64,000 nt of DNA from contig CAWHDJ010000018.1 in NCBI GenBank assembly GCA_963827955.1, forward strand, positions 989,297 through 1,053,296, read 5' to 3'. The notes under the pieces are model-generated. The model worked only from the letters and a program-made list of their open reading frames with translations, made no database searches and had not been told where the DNA came from. This stretch comes from an uncultured delta proteobacterium (GTDB lineage: Bacteria; Myxococcota_A; Polyangia; Polyangiales; Polyangiaceae). Shown piece by piece: positions 21,401 to 31,625 of the stretch. Numbering within the stretch: the first letter of the stretch is position 1; the number at the start of each line of letters is the position of its first letter. The position numbers and the translations under genes are program-made.

Positions 21401-23242
21401 GCCCGGGAAGGTCTTGCTCGTGGGGTCGAGCTGGATATCCCCCGCCGGCGTGTGCAGCGTCAGCATCCCGTACGCGACGTGCTCCACTGAGAACCCCGGC
21501 AGGCGGCCCGCTGCGCGCGCGAAATCCGAGTCGACGTAGATGCGCTCGCCATCGCGGTCGAAGGTCCAGTCGTCTCGGTGCGGCGGGACGTCATGCCCCC
21601 AGCGCGTGGGCTTGTGCTCGTTGTAGGTCTTGCGGAGCTTGAACGCCGTCGTAAGGCGCTCCAGCAATTCGGAGACCGCCTCGACGTCGCAGCCGAGCAT
21701 GGTGGCGATCTCTTCCAGCGTGCGGTACTCGCCGAGCGTCGCGGCAAGCACGCCCTCCTCGGTGGCGCAGGGAGTCTTCGCCTCCAACCCCTGGGAGAGC
21801 GCCTCGGCCCGATGCTCGACGACCGCTGCCGCATCCTCGGCGGTCGGGATGCCCGCCGGCGCCGCCGGTGCCGGCTCGGCGGCGAGTGCCGTTTGGGCGT
21901 CGGCAAGAAGCTCCGAGAGCCCGGAGGCCGGCGCTCTGTCCTGCTGCCGGGACGAAGGCACGGGAGCGGCTTCGGCGTTGCCCTCGGCGCGGCTCCAGAC
22001 GCCGTACTGCTCTTGGAGATCCACGCGCCCGCCGCGCGCGACACCGAACATGCGAAAGGCCCCCACCTCGCCTTGGAGCTTCGCGGATGTCGTGCGCAGG
22101 AGCTCAGACCGTTGCCTTGCAGGGGCCTGTTCGCGCTCGATGCGGTTCAGCAGACGGCCCAGCGCTGCGCCCAACGTCTTGCCGTCGCTGCCGAGCGCCC
22201 ACGCCGCTGCCACCTTCTCGCGGAGGAAGCGCAAGAGGTGCTCGCGGCGCTGCGCGTCGATTGCCTCGGCCTCGGCCAGGAGCCCGGAGGCGCGCTCGAA
22301 ACGCTCGACGGGAGGGGCGTCGCCGTCCTCGATGTCCTGCGCGAGCTTCTCGAGCGCGACCGCGGCGGCCCGGCCCTCGCTGAGCTGGTCGGCCCGTTGC
22401 CGCTTCGCTCGCAGGTCGGCAATGGCAGCCGCGGGGGATGCCGTGGCAGCGTCCACTACACGCGCGGCGTCCTCCTCGTCCTCACGTGATGCGGGCCGCG
22501 GCGGCGGGATCCGGACCGCGAACCCGGGCGACACCGCCGGGGGGGAGGCGCCTGCGGCAGACGGCTCGATCACGGAGCGCCGCACCCTTGCGGTTGCGCC
22601 CTCGACCGCCAGCCTCTTCCATGCGTCCGCCGCAGCATCGGCACGCTGTGCGATGCTTACGGCGCGGGGCAGGTCGACGATGGTGCGCTCGGCGCCTCCT
22701 CGGTCTCCGCCCATCGCCTGGATCGCGCCGATGACGCCCTCCCGGTCGGGCCCGACGTCGACGAGCACCACGTCCCAGAGGGTGCTCGGGGGCGCCTCGG
22801 GGATGAGCGGCCTCGACGGCAGGTAGTACGCGGTGAGGCCCCTGCCAATCGGCATGGCGACGATGAGCTTCTCGCGGACGAGATCCGAGAGGAGGTTCAC
22901 CGCGGAGGGGTCGTCGAGCGCCGCGAGGATCGCGCGCTGGCTCGCTGGGCCCTCGGAGAGCATGGAGAGGATCCGCTCACGGACCTCCCGCACCAGGGCC
23001 GCTTCGCGCTCGCGTTCTGCCGCGCGTGTGGCTTCCGTCGAGGCGTAGCGGGCGGCGCGCTCTGCATCGGTCTCCAGGCGCCACCAGCCCGGGTGGGTGA
23101 ACGGCGTGCGGTCGCCATCGTCATGCTCGATGACGACGTAGCCGTCCTTGCTCCGCACCTCGACGACCACGCCGGGCGGGCTACGCGGGGTCACGGTGCT
23201 GTTGTCGACGACGCGGTCGCCCACCTCGAAGCGCGGCAACAT
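12402..23242 (-). CDS. giant multidomain protein (~3,600 aa). Contains an N6-adenine-type DNA methyltransferase module, an SNF2/DExx-box helicase and a long repeat-containing C-terminal region. It is DarB-like. One frame discontinuity in a G-run at about 17405-17415 joins ORF 17219..23242 to ORF 12402..17927.
   Basis: 'LVISNPPYGVRGE' is the NPPY motif IV. 'AFDVGVGKTYTG' is a Walker A. 'LLIVDEAQNYKN' is motif II. 'QRNGRAWRQGNQ' is the helicase motif VI (SNF2). The C-terminus holds (GEAEx)n tandem repeats and an internal duplication ('...GDIEFDRMRGVEFPGQSGVSHWIYGKGLAATMEALGMGDL' / '...GRVIFDPEGSAKRVGMTYTVRGQAHVVNALLDAMGLGDL'). Confidence 0.75.
13941..14098. repeat. 15-nt tandem repeat encoding (A/T)E(A/T)GE units within the giant gene
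   Basis: Read directly: 'gcctcgccggtctccgcc' units are repeated about 10 times. Confidence 0.7.
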
Positions 23243-26200
23243 GCCGATCTCGGACGCACGGATGGGCGAAGCTCGGCCGTGCGGGACACGAACTCGGCCG
23301 GGCGCTCCACGAGCACCTGGCTCTCGAACTGGCGCGCGATGTCGAGGACCTTATCGGCGAGAGCCTCGTCACCGCGCAGGTGCCGGATCGCGGCTCCGTA
23401 CACCACGCGGGTCTTGATGATGTTGTCCCACCAGTGGTCCTGTGCGGCCCCCTCGATCGCGGCTTCGACCTCCCTTGCCCGCGCCTCGTCTCCGAGCAGG
23501 CGGGTGAGGGCCTCCAGCATCGGGCTCGGCACGGCCGAGCGGAGCGTGTACCAGCGCTCGTCATCCTCGACGCGCATGTCGAGGATGCCTTCCTCCCGCA
23601 TCTGCCGAAGCAGGCCGACGACGCGACGACTCTCCTCGCCGGAAGCAGTCACGCCGGCGACCTCGCGCGTGATCACGCGAAGAGGGGCCCCGCCTCGGCG
23701 CTCGTCGAGGTACGCCACGATCTTCGCGCGGGCGGCGTCATCGTCATCCTTGCCCTCGGGCGGCCGAGGGGACGAGGACGCCGCGGCCTCGGCGGTGGCA
23801 AGGAGCTGCGAGAGGGGGCTGCTGGTGGGTGCCGGTGCGCTCGGCGGGCTCGGCTCGGGCGGCCGAGGGGAGGGCATCCGGAAGCCCGTTGCTGCCGGTG
23901 CGCTCGGCGGGCTCGGCTCGGGCGGCCGAGGGGAAGGCATCCGGAAGCCCGCTGCCGGGGCCGCGGGCGCGGTGGCAGGCCCCGGCTCGTCGGCGCGGAG
24001 CTCGAGCGACGCGAGCCTCTGCGCCACGCCGCCGGGCAGCGTGGACCACTCCGTGATGTCCTCCGGCGTGTAGCCCAGAAGCTCGAGCCGCCAGGCGAAT
24101 GCCGGATCCTCGCCCGCGCGGCGGAGCGCTTCGGCGATGTCGCGGTAGTTCGGCGACATGTCGGCCTCTGCCACGGAGCGCGTTTGGGCCCAGCGCTCGC
24201 GGGTGGTGGGCCCGCGCTCTCCGTGCTCGATCCCCCAGGCCGCGCGCTCCAAGATCGAAGCGGTTCCGCGGCCCTCGCCCGCTGCCCTTGTCCGCAGGCG
24301 ATCCGCGGTCGTCATGACGTGGTCGAGCCCGACGCCGCTCTTTTGGCCGCGAGCCTCATCTGCGATCTGTTGCAGCACGACGTGTGCTCGCGCGTCCCCG
24401 GCGAACTCGCCCACGCTGTCCAGGTACCGCGCGAGCGCGATCTTCAGCCGCACCTCTCCCGGCGCCGGCGTCGCGGGCGCCGCCGGCCGCGCCCACCGCT
24501 CCACCGTGCGGAGGAGAGCGTCGACCGTCGGAAAGTCCTCGCGCATGTTCGACGAGATCGAGTGCGCCGCGCCGGGGTCCTTGCCCCCGCCCCAGTGCAC
24601 CGCTTGCGCGTGGAACCAGAGCCGCCCGAGACCCTGCTTCTCGGCCCAGGGCGTCCCCAGGTGCGGCTTCACCGTCCATCCCCGGTCCTTCAGGCCGTTG
24701 AGAAGCATCGCCTTGACGGTGCGGAAGGCGGGGGGCTTCGGGGCGCGGGGGGGAGGCGAGGGGCGCGCCTCGGTCGCCTCCGCTCCGCGAGGAGTGGGCG
24801 CGACGGCGAGCCAACGTGCGAGGGTTGCAGGCTGGGGCGTCCCCTCCGCGATCCAGCGCGTCATCACTTGCGCGAGTGGTTCGCCGATCGTGAGCCCTGC
24901 CGCGGCGAGCGCAGCCCGGTGGTGCAGCATCGCCGCGTGCGCCATCTGCCAGCGCGCGGTCTCCTGGCTCTGCTTGTCGGTCTCGTCGAGGAGCCTCGCC
25001 TTGTGCGCAAGCGCCTCGGGGCCCGGGTCTCGAAGCGCCTCACGAATGGCGGCCCACTTCGGGTGCTTCGGTGCGCGCGATGGACCAGGCTCGGCCGTCG
25101 GCGTAGACGACGCTGCCGCCTGAGCGGCTGCAAGACGCTGCGAGAGCACGGAGGTCGGCCCCGCGCCGTGCCCGGACGAGGGGACCGCCGGTTCCGCCGT
25201 CGCCATCGGCGTCGAACCCGCCACGCGGGAGGCGATGCTGTAGAAGTTGACCCCCGATCGCGGATCGTAGCGGGTGTCGACCACCTTCTCCTTGGCGAGC
25301 TTGACCAACTCGTCGCCGACGCGTCGCCGGTCCTCCGTCGCCGTGCCGCCAACGTCGTCGTGGACCATCCGCAGCGTCGCCTCCCCCACGCGGGAGAGGT
25401 ACGTGAGGATCGCGATCCGGCTCTTCCCGGCCTCGCCCTGAAGCTCCTCGGTGGGGACCTTGTTGGGCGCGAGCGGCGCAGCGGATTCCTGTGCTTGGAG
25501 CGCGGCATCCTCGCCGAACTCGTCGACGATGGCGGCGACAACCCGGTCGAGCGCCTCGTCCTGGGCGCGCTTCGTGTGGGCGTCCACCGGCCGCTTCAGA
25601 GCCCTCACGGCGCCGAAGAGAAAGCTCCGCCAGTCGCTAGGGTGCTGCCGCGCGAGGAGCCCCTTGAGGGTCGCGCTCTGTGCCACCCCTGCGAAGCGCT
25701 CGGCAGCGGCGCCCGTCTCGAAGGTGAGTACGGGGCTCCCGTTCTCGCGCTGGACGACGAAGCGATATCCCTCGGGGGTGGTTGTCACCAGGCGGGCCAC
25801 CCGAAGGTTCCCCACGGGGACCGACTCTGCCGTGCCGCCCGTGGGGACCTCCGCCCGCATCGCTGCCCCTACGATGCTGGAGACTTCGTCCTCGCTGACG
25901 CCTGCCTCTCGCGCGGCGTCGAACGCCTGCTCGGCCCGCGCCGACTCTTCTCGCGTGCTCTCGGGGAAATGCTTCGCGCGCACCGCCACGAGCGCTTCCC
26001 CAAGCCGCACCCGGGCTTCCGCCTTTCTGGCGTCCGCCCCCACCACGGGGAAGCGGGCGGCATCGAGACGGTCCGCCACCTCGCCGAACGAGCTTCCCCG
26101 CTCCTCCAGGTAGAAGACCCTCGTCTGGCGAACGTCAATCGAGAAGGTGATGCCGTAGGGCTTGGACTCCCCGGGGGCGTTCGAATGGAAGGCGACGAAA

Positions 26201-28419
26201 TTCGCGTCGGCGTTCTCGGGGAAGTAGTAGAAGGTCGCCTCAAGCGACGTCTCGCCCGCGTGGCTCTTGTGGAATACGTCCGTCTTCGGCAGCGTCCACG
26301 GCACGCCGGTCTGGAGGATGAGCTTCTCGTGGAGCGCTCGCAGAAACGCGTCGGACTCCGCGGTGAACGCGTCCGCCCGGGCCCGGGATCCTCCAGCTTC
26401 TCGAGGCGCGCGCTCCGACCTGCGAACGCTACGAGCAGGCGTAGGCGACTCCGCCGGGAGCAGCCTCGACTGCGGCCCGTGCGCCTCCAGCGGCGTCTCC
26501 ACGCGCCCAGCGCCCGCCAGGTGCTTGACCTGGCGCAGCTCCTCCGCCGTGATGAGGAGTGCATGCGTTTCGAGCTGTTTGATGACCGCGGCGCGCAGCT
26601 CCGTCGCGGGCAACGTCATCTTGGCGGCCTCGCCGGCGATGGTGCGGAGCCGGTATGCGGCGATCTTCGCGCCCTCACGCTCTGCGGCCACGGCCTGCCG
26701 CTCGAGGTACGCGACGATCGCCCGGCGTTCCTCGGCCGCTGCCTGGGCGACGCCAAGCATTTGCGAGAGGGCCGAAGGAGCACGTGCCGCCGCGGCCTCA
26801 CGCTCCGAGGCCGTGCGCTGTTGAGCGAGCGCCGTGAGGGATCCCGGAGGCGGACGCCGCGAGGACGGGGGGGCGCCTGGCGTGGTCGGAGTGGGCGGGG
26901 GGGCCTTCCGGACCGGCGGAAGGTCCAGCTTGCCAAGCCGGATGAGCGGGTCCTTCCCCAACCGCGCGGCTTCGAGGAAGCGGTCTACGTCGAGCGACGC
27001 GCGGAAAGCAGCGAGCACGCCCGCGCGCTCGTTGGAAGGATAGCCGGGCGCGGCGTGGATCTCGTACCCTTTGCCAAGCATGCCCGTCCAGCGGATGGGA
27101 CTCTCTTCGCCTTCGATCTGGCCAAAGGCACCGCTGAAGTGGAAGCTGTAGCCCGGCCAGGGTGCGCTCTGCTTGTAATGCCGGCCCATGTATCGCCAGA
27201 ACTCCGTGTCGACGTAGAGCTTGCCGCTTTCCTCGTGCACGGGGACGTGGACGAACACTGCTTCCGCGACGGGCGTTTCTTGCGCGACACGATAGAGTTT
27301 CAGGCCGTTCGCGGTCGTGTGAGCCGTGAGGTGCCCAATCGCGACCAGCGTGTGCACCCACTCGCGCGCCAGCTTGCGGCGCGCCTTGTTGGCCTCGCCC
27401 ATCATGCCGCCGACCTTCAGCACGATCTGCTCGATGCTGGCGTCGCCGACTCCGGTGACGTACGCGACGATCTCTTTTTCCTCGGCCTCGGGGACGGGCG
27501 GGCCGAGCTCGGCGAGCGCCGTCCACCGGAACGGCGAGTCGATCGCTCCCGGCACGATGCGAGCCTTGTCGGCGAGCGCCAGGCGCTTCAACGCGGCTTG
27601 GATGGACTCGGCATCCCACCCGACGCGCACCTCGATCTCCTCGACCGTTCGAGGAGTGCCAGCAATCTCACCGAGGACCTGGCGCGCGATACCCTCCTCC
27701 GGCGCAACCATCCGGAACGGCGCCGTGCCCGGCGCCGCGGCGGACGTGCGACTCGCCTTCGCGTACTCGAGCACCACGTCCCGGAGCGTGAGCCCAGCCG
27801 ATTCCGGGTCGTAGAGCTTGGCCTCAGCGTAGACGACAACGAGGTTCTCGCGCTCGAAAAGCGCGCCGGGCGGTACCTCGGGCGCCGCGGCGTCGACCGC
27901 CGCCTGGAACGCACGCACGGCCCGCTCCGGTTGGATGATGGTCGCCCCGCCGCGACCGTCGTTCTCGAACGAACCGACGTTTTCCCCGTTCCAGAAGATG
28001 CGGCCAGCCCAGCGAGGTGTTTCCTCGCCCTCGCCGCGCTCGTCAAAGACCAGCCGGAGGCCACCGCCGATGTCGACCTCGGGCTTCGCGAGAGCGGCCG
28101 TGGGTGCGGGCGTGGCTCGGATGGCGTCGTAAGCGGCCCGCATGACCGCGCGCGTGACGCGAGCTTGGAGCGCGGGGTCCTCGACGAATTTGGCCATCAA
28201 CGGCGCGCCGTCGCGCTCCACGCGCGCCGTCGCCATCTCGATAAGCCTGCGCGGAAGGACCAAGCTGAAGTTGTCGTAGCTGTTCGCCTTGGCCCACCCG
28301 ATAACGGCCGGATCGCGCTGCGCTTCCTCCGTCAAGAGCTCGACGAGCCCGCGCTCCTCGGCGTCGCGGAGCAGCGCCGCGAGTCGGCCGCCAGGCGGGG
28401 ATTGAGGGGGAGGCGCCAT
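23191..28419 (-). CDS. large hypothetical protein (1,742 aa). No recognisable catalytic motif. Contains a 57-nt tandem duplication.
   Basis: Continuous protein-like ORF. The ATG at 28419 lies immediately 3' of copy 1 of the conserved upstream element. The gene overlaps the start of the giant gene by about 50 nt. Confidence 0.6.
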   Translation of the reverse strand: MAPPPQSPPGGRLAALLRDAEERGLVELLTEEAQRDPAVIGWAKANSYDNFSLVLPRRLIEMATARVERDGAPLMAKFVEDPALQARVTRAVMRAAYDAIRATPAPTAALAKPEVDIGGGLRLVFDERGEGEETPRWAGRIFWNGENVGSFENDGRGGATIIQPERAVRAFQAAVDAAAPEVPPGALFERENLVVVYAEAKLYDPESAGLTLRDVVLEYAKASRTSAAAPGTAPFRMVAPEEGIARQVLGEIAGTPRTVEEIEVRVGWDAESIQAALKRLALADKARIVPGAIDSPFRWTALAELGPPVPEAEEKEIVAYVTGVGDASIEQIVLKVGGMMGEANKARRKLAREWVHTLVAIGHLTAHTTANGLKLYRVAQETPVAEAVFVHVPVHEESGKLYVDTEFWRYMGRHYKQSAPWPGYSFHFSGAFGQIEGEESPIRWTGMLGKGYEIHAAPGYPSNERAGVLAAFRASLDVDRFLEAARLGKDPLIRLGKLDLPPVRKAPPPTPTTPGAPPSSRRPPPGSLTALAQQRTASEREAAAARAPSALSQMLGVAQAAAEERRAIVAYLERQAVAAEREGAKIAAYRLRTIAGEAAKMTLPATELRAAVIKQLETHALLITAEELRQVKHLAGAGRVETPLEAHGPQSRLLPAESPTPARSVRRSERAPREAGGSRARADAFTAESDAFLRALHEKLILQTGVPWTLPKTDVFHKSHAGETSLEATFYYFPENADANFVAFHSNAPGESKPYGITFSIDVRQTRVFYLEERGSSFGEVADRLDAARFPVVGADARKAEARVRLGEALVAVRAKHFPESTREESARAEQAFDAAREAGVSEDEVSSIVGAAMRAEVPTGGTAESVPVGNLRVARLVTTTPEGYRFVVQRENGSPVLTFETGAAAERFAGVAQSATLKGLLARQHPSDWRSFLFGAVRALKRPVDAHTKRAQDEALDRVVAAIVDEFGEDAALQAQESAAPLAPNKVPTEELQGEAGKSRIAILTYLSRVGEATLRMVHDDVGGTATEDRRRVGDELVKLAKEKVVDTRYDPRSGVNFYSIASRVAGSTPMATAEPAVPSSGHGAGPTSVLSQRLAAAQAAASSTPTAEPGPSRAPKHPKWAAIREALRDPGPEALAHKARLLDETDKQSQETARWQMAHAAMLHHRAALAAAGLTIGEPLAQVMTRWIAEGTPQPATLARWLAVAPTPRGAEATEARPSPPPRAPKPPAFRTVKAMLLNGLKDRGWTVKPHLGTPWAEKQGLGRLWFHAQAVHWGGGKDPGAAHSISSNMREDFPTVDALLRTVERWARPAAPATPAPGEVRLKIALARYLDSVGEFAGDARAHVVLQQIADEARGQKSGVGLDHVMTTADRLRTRAAGEGRGTASILERAAWGIEHGERGPTTRERWAQTRSVAEADMSPNYRDIAEALRRAGEDPAFAWRLELLGYTPEDITEWSTLPGGVAQRLASLELRADEPGPATAPAAPAAGFRMPSPRPPEPSPPSAPAATGFRMPSPRPPEPSPPSAPAPTSSPLSQLLATAEAAASSSPRPPEGKDDDDAARAKIVAYLDERRGGAPLRVITREVAGVTASGEESRRVVGLLRQMREEGILDMRVEDDERWYTLRSAVPSPMLEALTRLLGDEARAREVEAAIEGAAQDHWWDNIIKTRVVYGAAIRHLRGDEALADKVLDIARQFESQVLVERPAEFVSRTAELRPSVRPRSACCRASRWATASSTTAP
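23827..23945. repeat. 57-nt direct tandem duplication encoding 'GFRMPSPRPPEPSPPSAPA' twice
   Basis: Read directly, inside CDS 23191..28419. Confidence 0.65.
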
Positions 28420-28535
28420 GGCTTCCCCGAGCGTGCGCCGCCGCTCGATGCGCGCGCAAGGCGCTTACCCGCCTATGGATTTCACTTATCAGCCAGGATC
28501 CGTGGAAGTTCCTAGACCCGTTGTGGGATGATCCC
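28420..28535 (-). promoter_or_regulatory. conserved ~115-bp upstream element, copy 1. AT-rich invariant core TGATAAGTGAAATCCATAG in the gene orientation. Ends at the ATG of the 1,742-aa gene.
   Basis: Aligns over its full length with copies at 33713..33828 and 36254..36367. It is the only AT-rich 19-mer in this 70% GC region. Confidence 0.6.
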
Positions 28536-29855
28536 AGGTTCGAGCTTGAGGATGCCGGTCCACCTCCGACGCGCGGCGATGGCGGCGGTCTTGCGGGTCG
28601 CTTCCACGCTGCCCACCGGGATCCAGTCCTCGCCCCGGAGCTGGCTCACCTGGAAGACGTGCGCCGCCGCGCTCCCCTTGCTGGAAGCGGGGCTCGTATC
28701 CTCGAGCAGGGGCAGTCGGCGCTTCGCCGGAACTGGGCCGCTCGCATCCACGAACTGGGGCGGACCACCTACCGGGCCGGTGTACTGCTCCTCGGGAGGC
28801 TCCATCGCGAGGTAGCGGTCCAGCATCGCCGGGTCCCGCCGCACGGCACGGATGAACTCCGCCATGGCCCCCGGCTTCGGGATGGCGCCGCGGAAGCCCT
28901 TCACGGTCCTGCCCCAGAGCCCTTCGATGCCTCGCAGACCCGCCTGGGCGGCGTCCTCGATCGCGATGATTCGGTCGGCAAGCACCGGATGGTCGCGCAC
29001 GAGGCGCGCGATTTCCCAGGGCTTGCTTGCCGGACAGAAATAGCATGCCGACTTGGGCGGGATTGGGATGCCTGCTGCGCGCAGCTCCGCCTTGATGCGA
29101 GCGCGATCCCACTGCCACTCCCTGAGCGGATAAACGTATTCGTAGTGGTCATCGTTCCGCAATTGGTGAGCGCGGCGGGAGTCGCGATAACCGTAGTCGT
29201 AGCCGATGGCTTTCACCACCTTGCCGCCACGTGCCCAGAGCGCCTGCGCGCGCGGGTCCTTCGCGAGCCACGCCTCTTGCGGCCGGATCTTCCACTCGGA
29301 ACTACACGACTTCTTACCGAACGCCTGACCCGGGAGCGACTCGTATGCGAGGCACTTCTCGCCGAGGGTCGAGTACGGCATGCCCGTGACCTTCGACACG
29401 CTGGGGTTGCTGCGCACCATCACGAACTCCGGGAAACCGATGCTCCGCAGCCAGCGTTGCCGCTCCTCGCGGAATGCAATGGTCTCCGGCCATTCGTCGC
29501 CGGTTTCGGCGTGCAGGATAACGTCGGGCCTGACGCCCAAGCGGTGCAGGCCCTCCAGCATCCCCGTCGAGTCGACGCCCATGCCGTCCGCCACCACGAG
29601 CAGGGGCCGGGCCCAGGGCGGCAGTGCGATGAACCGGCGTAGCGTCATGGGGGGCTGCGAGCCGCCCGCTGGCGCCTGGCCGGTGCGCGCGCGCAACCTC
29701 GTCGACGGGGTCGCGCGCGCCCGGCGCTTCCTCGACGGCGCCTTCGCCGGGGCATGCGCCTCGGCGGCCTCGCTCGCTGCTCGGAGCTGCGCTGCGAGTC
29801 CGCCCTGCGGGGCTGCTGCCGCCCGCAGCATCCCGGCAAGCAGGCTCGACGCCAT
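28512..29855 (-). CDS. PAPS-reductase family-like protein, paralog C (degenerate PP-loop). N-terminus has the 'LLAGMLRAAAA...LAAQLRAAS' motif.
   Basis: 'LLVVADGMGVDSTGML' is PP-loop-like. 'GYRDSRRAHQ' fits the R-x-x-(E)S-x-x-R motif. 'ACYFCP' is the C-terminal Cys pair. Confidence 0.5.
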   Translation of the reverse strand: MASSLLAGMLRAAAAPQGGLAAQLRAASEAAEAHAPAKAPSRKRRARATPSTRLRARTGQAPAGGSQPPMTLRRFIALPPWARPLLVVADGMGVDSTGMLEGLHRLGVRPDVILHAETGDEWPETIAFREERQRWLRSIGFPEFVMVRSNPSVSKVTGMPYSTLGEKCLAYESLPGQAFGKKSCSSEWKIRPQEAWLAKDPRAQALWARGGKVVKAIGYDYGYRDSRRAHQLRNDDHYEYVYPLREWQWDRARIKAELRAAGIPIPPKSACYFCPASKPWEIARLVRDHPVLADRIIAIEDAAQAGLRGIEGLWGRTVKGFRGAIPKPGAMAEFIRAVRRDPAMLDRYLAMEPPEEQYTGPVGGPPQFVDASGPVPAKRRLPLLEDTSPASSKGSAAAHVFQVSQLRGEDWIPVGSVEATRKTAAIAARRRWTGILKLEPGIIPQRV

Positions 29856-29891
29856 CGCTGATCTCTCCCAGCCGAGGGCCGCGCGCCCGCG

Positions 29892-31598
29892 TCAGGCAGC
29901 GGCCTGCGAGGCAATCATGCGGAGATCGTCGGGGTGGTGCTTGGCCCAGTCCTCGAAACCCATATAGGGATCGGTGAGGTTGTTTTCCCGCATCCAGGCC
30001 GTCACCGGCTTGCCTGCGCCCGCGCGCCAGAAACGCTGAATCTCCGCCAGCTCCGCCTCGCGCTGCTCCGGGGTCTGGTTCGGGTTGGCCGCCAGGTGTC
30101 CGGCGCGAAGCTGGGCGAAGACAACGTCGTCGGGGCCCATGCTCCGCACGGTGCGCGGACCCTCGTGGGCGGCGGGCGGCGCCGCGGCCCTGGTCGCGCT
30201 GGCCGGAGCCGGCTCCGCCGCGGCCGTCGCGGGCCCCCTCACGCTCGGCGGCTTGGCCGTCCGCTTCGAGGGGGGCTTCGCCGCGGGCTTCTTTGCCGCC
30301 GGCTTCGTCGCCGCCGGCTTCTTCGCGGCGGGCTTCTTCGCGGCCGGGGGCTTCTTCGCGGCGGGCTTCTTCGCCGCCGGCTTCTTCGCGGCGGGCTTCT
30401 TCGCCGCCGGCTTCTTCGCGGCGGGCTTCTTCGCGGCGGGCTTCTTCGCCGCCGGTGCCCCGGGCTTCTTGGACGCCTTGGCATGCTTCTCGGCCAGCGC
30501 CGTGAGACGGGCGCGATCGTCGCCGGAGACCGAGATCACGTCCACCGCCATCGCGCCGGACTTCGCCGCCTCGAGCTCGGTGCGCTTCTCGGCCGCGACT
30601 TGGGTCGCGCGCTCCTTGGTGAACGGGCCGTACACCGTCAGCACGTTGCCATCCGATTTGACCTCGACGAACGAGCGCGCCTTCGACGCCTTCGAGGTCT
30701 TCGCCGCTTTGTTCGCCGTCCTCGCCGTCTTCTTCGCGGCCTTCCGCGCAGCCGCGGTGTTGGACTTCGGGGGCCTGCCACCCTTGCCGGCGGCGTAGAC
30801 GCCCCTGTGCCCCGGCGCACCGTCGTTGTCGAACCGCGCCTTGGCCTCGGCCAGGGCTGCCTTGACTGCCGCCAGCGGCGTGCCGGGCGCGCGCTTGTCG
30901 AGGATGCCCTGGATCCTCTCCCTCGACACGCTTGCCGGATGGCGGATCAGGACTTCCTCGCCCGAGCCTCCAACCTGGAACGAGCCCGAGACGTAGGTGC
31001 TCCTGCTGGCCGGCTTGCGCGTGCGCCGGCCAGAGGGCGCGCCCGCCGATCGCGGTGCAGCCGCTGACCCGCCGGCGGGGACCCCCTTGGCGACGTGGCG
31101 TCTGTGGATGTGCTCGAGGAACTCCGCGGTCGCGTTGGCGGACAGCATGCTCGTCTCCGTCTCGTACGAGCTCGGCCCCGAGGCGTGGCCCGTCCACACC
31201 ACTTCGTTGCCCGCAATGGCCCTCGCCTTCCTCCCGCTCTCGTGCACCATGAGCTCGTCGCCGTTTTCCATCCTGACGAGGAAGGAGTCGCGGTGGCCGC
31301 TCGAGCTACTCCCGCCGTTCGTGGCCGCCGAGGCGGGGTGAGCGGCGCGGCGATGGGCTGCCGCTGGGCGCGAGGGGTGTGCGCCCGCATGGCGGCTCGT
31401 GCGGGTCCCGGAGGGGGCACCGCCCGTCGTGGTGCGATGACCGCTCGGCGGAGTCTTCTCCACGCTCCCCGACGTGGTGCCGACACGATGAACCGTGGCG
31501 GTGTGCTTGCCCTCGGCCAGGTCCACGTTGACCGTCACGGCGAAGCTGTTCTCGTTGCGGTTCCGCGTGGTGATCTGCTTGTGCTTGGTGATCGACAT
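29892..31598 (-). CDS. hypothetical protein with a long (PAAKK)n Lys/Ala/Pro repeat, histone H1-like
   Basis: 568-aa ORF. The ATG at 31598 (MSITKHKQITTR...) is protein-like. The central region is 'KKPAAKKPAAKKPAAKK...' for about 25 repeats. Confidence 0.6.
   Translation of the reverse strand: MSITKHKQITTRNRNENSFAVTVNVDLAEGKHTATVHRVGTTSGSVEKTPPSGHRTTTGGAPSGTRTSRHAGAHPSRPAAAHRRAAHPASAATNGGSSSSGHRDSFLVRMENGDELMVHESGRKARAIAGNEVVWTGHASGPSSYETETSMLSANATAEFLEHIHRRHVAKGVPAGGSAAAPRSAGAPSGRRTRKPASRSTYVSGSFQVGGSGEEVLIRHPASVSRERIQGILDKRAPGTPLAAVKAALAEAKARFDNDGAPGHRGVYAAGKGGRPPKSNTAAARKAAKKTARTANKAAKTSKASKARSFVEVKSDGNVLTVYGPFTKERATQVAAEKRTELEAAKSGAMAVDVISVSGDDRARLTALAEKHAKASKKPGAPAAKKPAAKKPAAKKPAAKKPAAKKPAAKKPAAKKPPAAKKPAAKKPAATKPAAKKPAAKPPSKRTAKPPSVRGPATAAAEPAPASATRAAAPPAAHEGPRTVRSMGPDDVVFAQLRAGHLAANPNQTPEQREAELAEIQRFWRAGAGKPVTAWMRENNLTDPYMGFEDWAKHHPDDLRMIASQAAA
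30275..30455. repeat. 15-nt tandem repeat (gcgggcttcttcgcc)n encoding the AAKKP repeats on the minus strand
   Basis: Read directly from the sequence. Confidence 0.7.
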
Positions 31599-31625
31599 GG
31601 TGGTTACCTCGGGCGCGTAGCGGTC

